Below are positions 62,842 through 64,000 of a stretch of DNA of 64,000 bases, piece after piece. Both the position numbers and the translations under genes were made by a program. Position 1 is the first letter of the stretch, and each line of letters opens with the position of its first letter. The stretch covers positions 99,356 to 163,355 of the IMG/VR virus record IMGVR_UViG_3300012039_000002. The stretch is one strand, 5' to 3'. The notes beneath the pieces are model-generated. The model saw only the letters and a list, made by a program, of their open reading frames with translations. It had not been told where the DNA came from and made no database searches. The stretch is from a virus.

Positions 62842-63180
62842 TACACAGCAAGCACTGAGTAAGTGGCTAGTTGTGCTGCTTACTCTCATCATGCTATGTT
62901 GATGTGCTATAAAGCAAGCGCTCAAGAAGTGGCTAGTCGTTCTCTTTGCTGGTGTCATGCCACCCGTCGTACACGGGTCGCAGGTAGGGCGGCGTCGCAG
63001 GTAGAACGGGATCCACTTGGGGACCCCCCTTACAGTATACGGCTGTCGCGCGTGACGATGGGGCCCCAAGGTGGGGAACAAAATCCCTAGCTAGAGCTGC
63101 TCTAGAGCTGCAGATAGTGCTCCCTAGTGTTTCCAAATAGCCTTCTATCTCTCGTGGGAGTAAAACAAAGGAGACTCTAA

Positions 63181-63276
63181 ATGAAAGAAGTCTTTGACAT
63201 TCTGGCTTCCCATCCCATTACCTCTATACTCCTGGGACTTCTTATTCTCGCCATCATCTCTGAACTGAGAGGATAA
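63181..63276 (+). CDS. 31-aa membrane peptide
   Basis: AGGAG before ATG; hydrophobic. Confidence 0.45.
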   Translation: MKEVFDILASHPITSILLGLLILAIISELRG

Positions 63277-63287
63277 AGACTGCTCTA

Positions 63288-63752
63288 ATGAAGACCTACG
63301 ACTTTAAAGTGGGAGATAAATGCTGGTATCTTAATGGCGGTCTCATCTATACAGGAAAGATCTCCGGTATTGATGAACACTTCTACACGATCGCGCCCAC
63401 CTTTAACGGCGCTGGGCTGCCTGACCCGTGGGAAGTTCACGAGAGGGTGTTCCCGAGACCCTCAGCTGCTAAAGAGGTTCTCGCTCAGACTCGTGACTAC
63501 ATCATATCGATCAAATATGATATGGAATACCTCGAGACTAGCATTGAATTAGCTAGGGAGGTTGATACCATATCGACAGGCTTTGTAGACGTGCTGAACG
63601 AAGGCTCTGGGGAGGGAGAGGCACGCTGCGGTAAGTGCCGGACCAAGTTTGAATGGTCAGTCTTCACCTCTGAGGGAGTGACGTGGGATGAAGAGTCTGG
63701 CAACCACAAGCTTGAATGCCCTGAATGCGCAAAGACCGCGCCTATTGAATGA
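63288..63752 (+). CDS. hypothetical protein (SH3-like N-terminus, Zn-ribbon C-terminus)
   Basis: FKVGDK; CGKC..CPEC. Confidence 0.6.
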   Translation: MKTYDFKVGDKCWYLNGGLIYTGKISGIDEHFYTIAPTFNGAGLPDPWEVHERVFPRPSAAKEVLAQTRDYIISIKYDMEYLETSIELAREVDTISTGFVDVLNEGSGEGEARCGKCRTKFEWSVFTSEGVTWDEESGNHKLECPECAKTAPIE

Positions 63753-63940
63753 AATATGTATCTGAAAGGTCAGTGCGGAGATTCATAAAGTTCAAGGGCT
63801 GTTGCTGCTCAAGCTGCCATAATGACGACGATGATGGGCTTGTACAGATGATGGAGTTCTACTTCACCAAGGAACGCTACACTGTTGCTTGCTGCGCTGT
63901 GCTCAATGCACTAGATGAATATCTCAAGGAGAAGAAGTAA
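63749..63940 (+). CDS. Cys-rich small protein
   Basis: CCCSSCH..CC. Confidence 0.55.
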   Translation: MKYVSERSVRRFIKFKGCCCSSCHNDDDDGLVQMMEFYFTKERYTVACCAVLNALDEYLKEKK

Positions 63941-64000
63941 TGACTAAAAAGCTTCTCTGTGAAGGCGCTTGCTCCAATTATGTGAATGGCTGCCATGGCA

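Noticed and set aside
1-64000. Stop-codon reassignment; tRNA or rRNA genes
   Set aside because: Recognisable enzymes are full length in code 11 with TAA, TAG and TGA all used as stops. I saw no cloverleaf or rRNA sequence by eye, though a tRNAscan run would be needed to exclude tRNAs.

Overview
This window is 64 kb of a large tailed-phage (Caudoviricetes, probably jumbo) genome. Real genes lie almost entirely on the + strand and read in the standard code. (1) 1-18 kb: virion fibre module with three very large Ser-Gly-Tyr (SGYSG) repeat proteins, adaptors and LamG/FN3 accessory proteins. (2) 18.4-22.4 kb: glycosylation cluster (B12 radical SAM, triple GT2, split GT9). (3) 23-33 kb: probable head-internal proteins (Rnl1-type RNA ligase, zincin, Nudix-ADP-ribosyltransferase fusion). 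Several of them share short basic motifs, one of which also occurs on a CCA-adding enzyme at 37.6 kb. (4) 33-43 kb: beta-propeller and lectin-like proteins, a CxxCH c-type cytochrome-like protein and a lipoprotein. (5) 43-52.5 kb: NADAR, RtcB, metallophosphoesterase, peptide deformylase, methyltransferase, and an atypical radical SAM/SPASM enzyme followed by six tandem proteins that all start MK[IV]R[TL]DFVTNSSSS[SA]F. (6) 53-63 kb: early/host-takeover-like array of small genes behind a repeated TGTACA-N17-TATAAT promoter (21 copies in the window, 3 on the minus strand firing into apparently non-coding structured DNA). The best candidates for an undescribed system are the rSAM plus six shared-N-terminus proteins, the motif-tagged virion cargo that includes tRNA-repair enzymes, and a possible Ser-Gly glycosylation sequon on the fibres. 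All functional calls come from motif recognition by eye; no searches were run.
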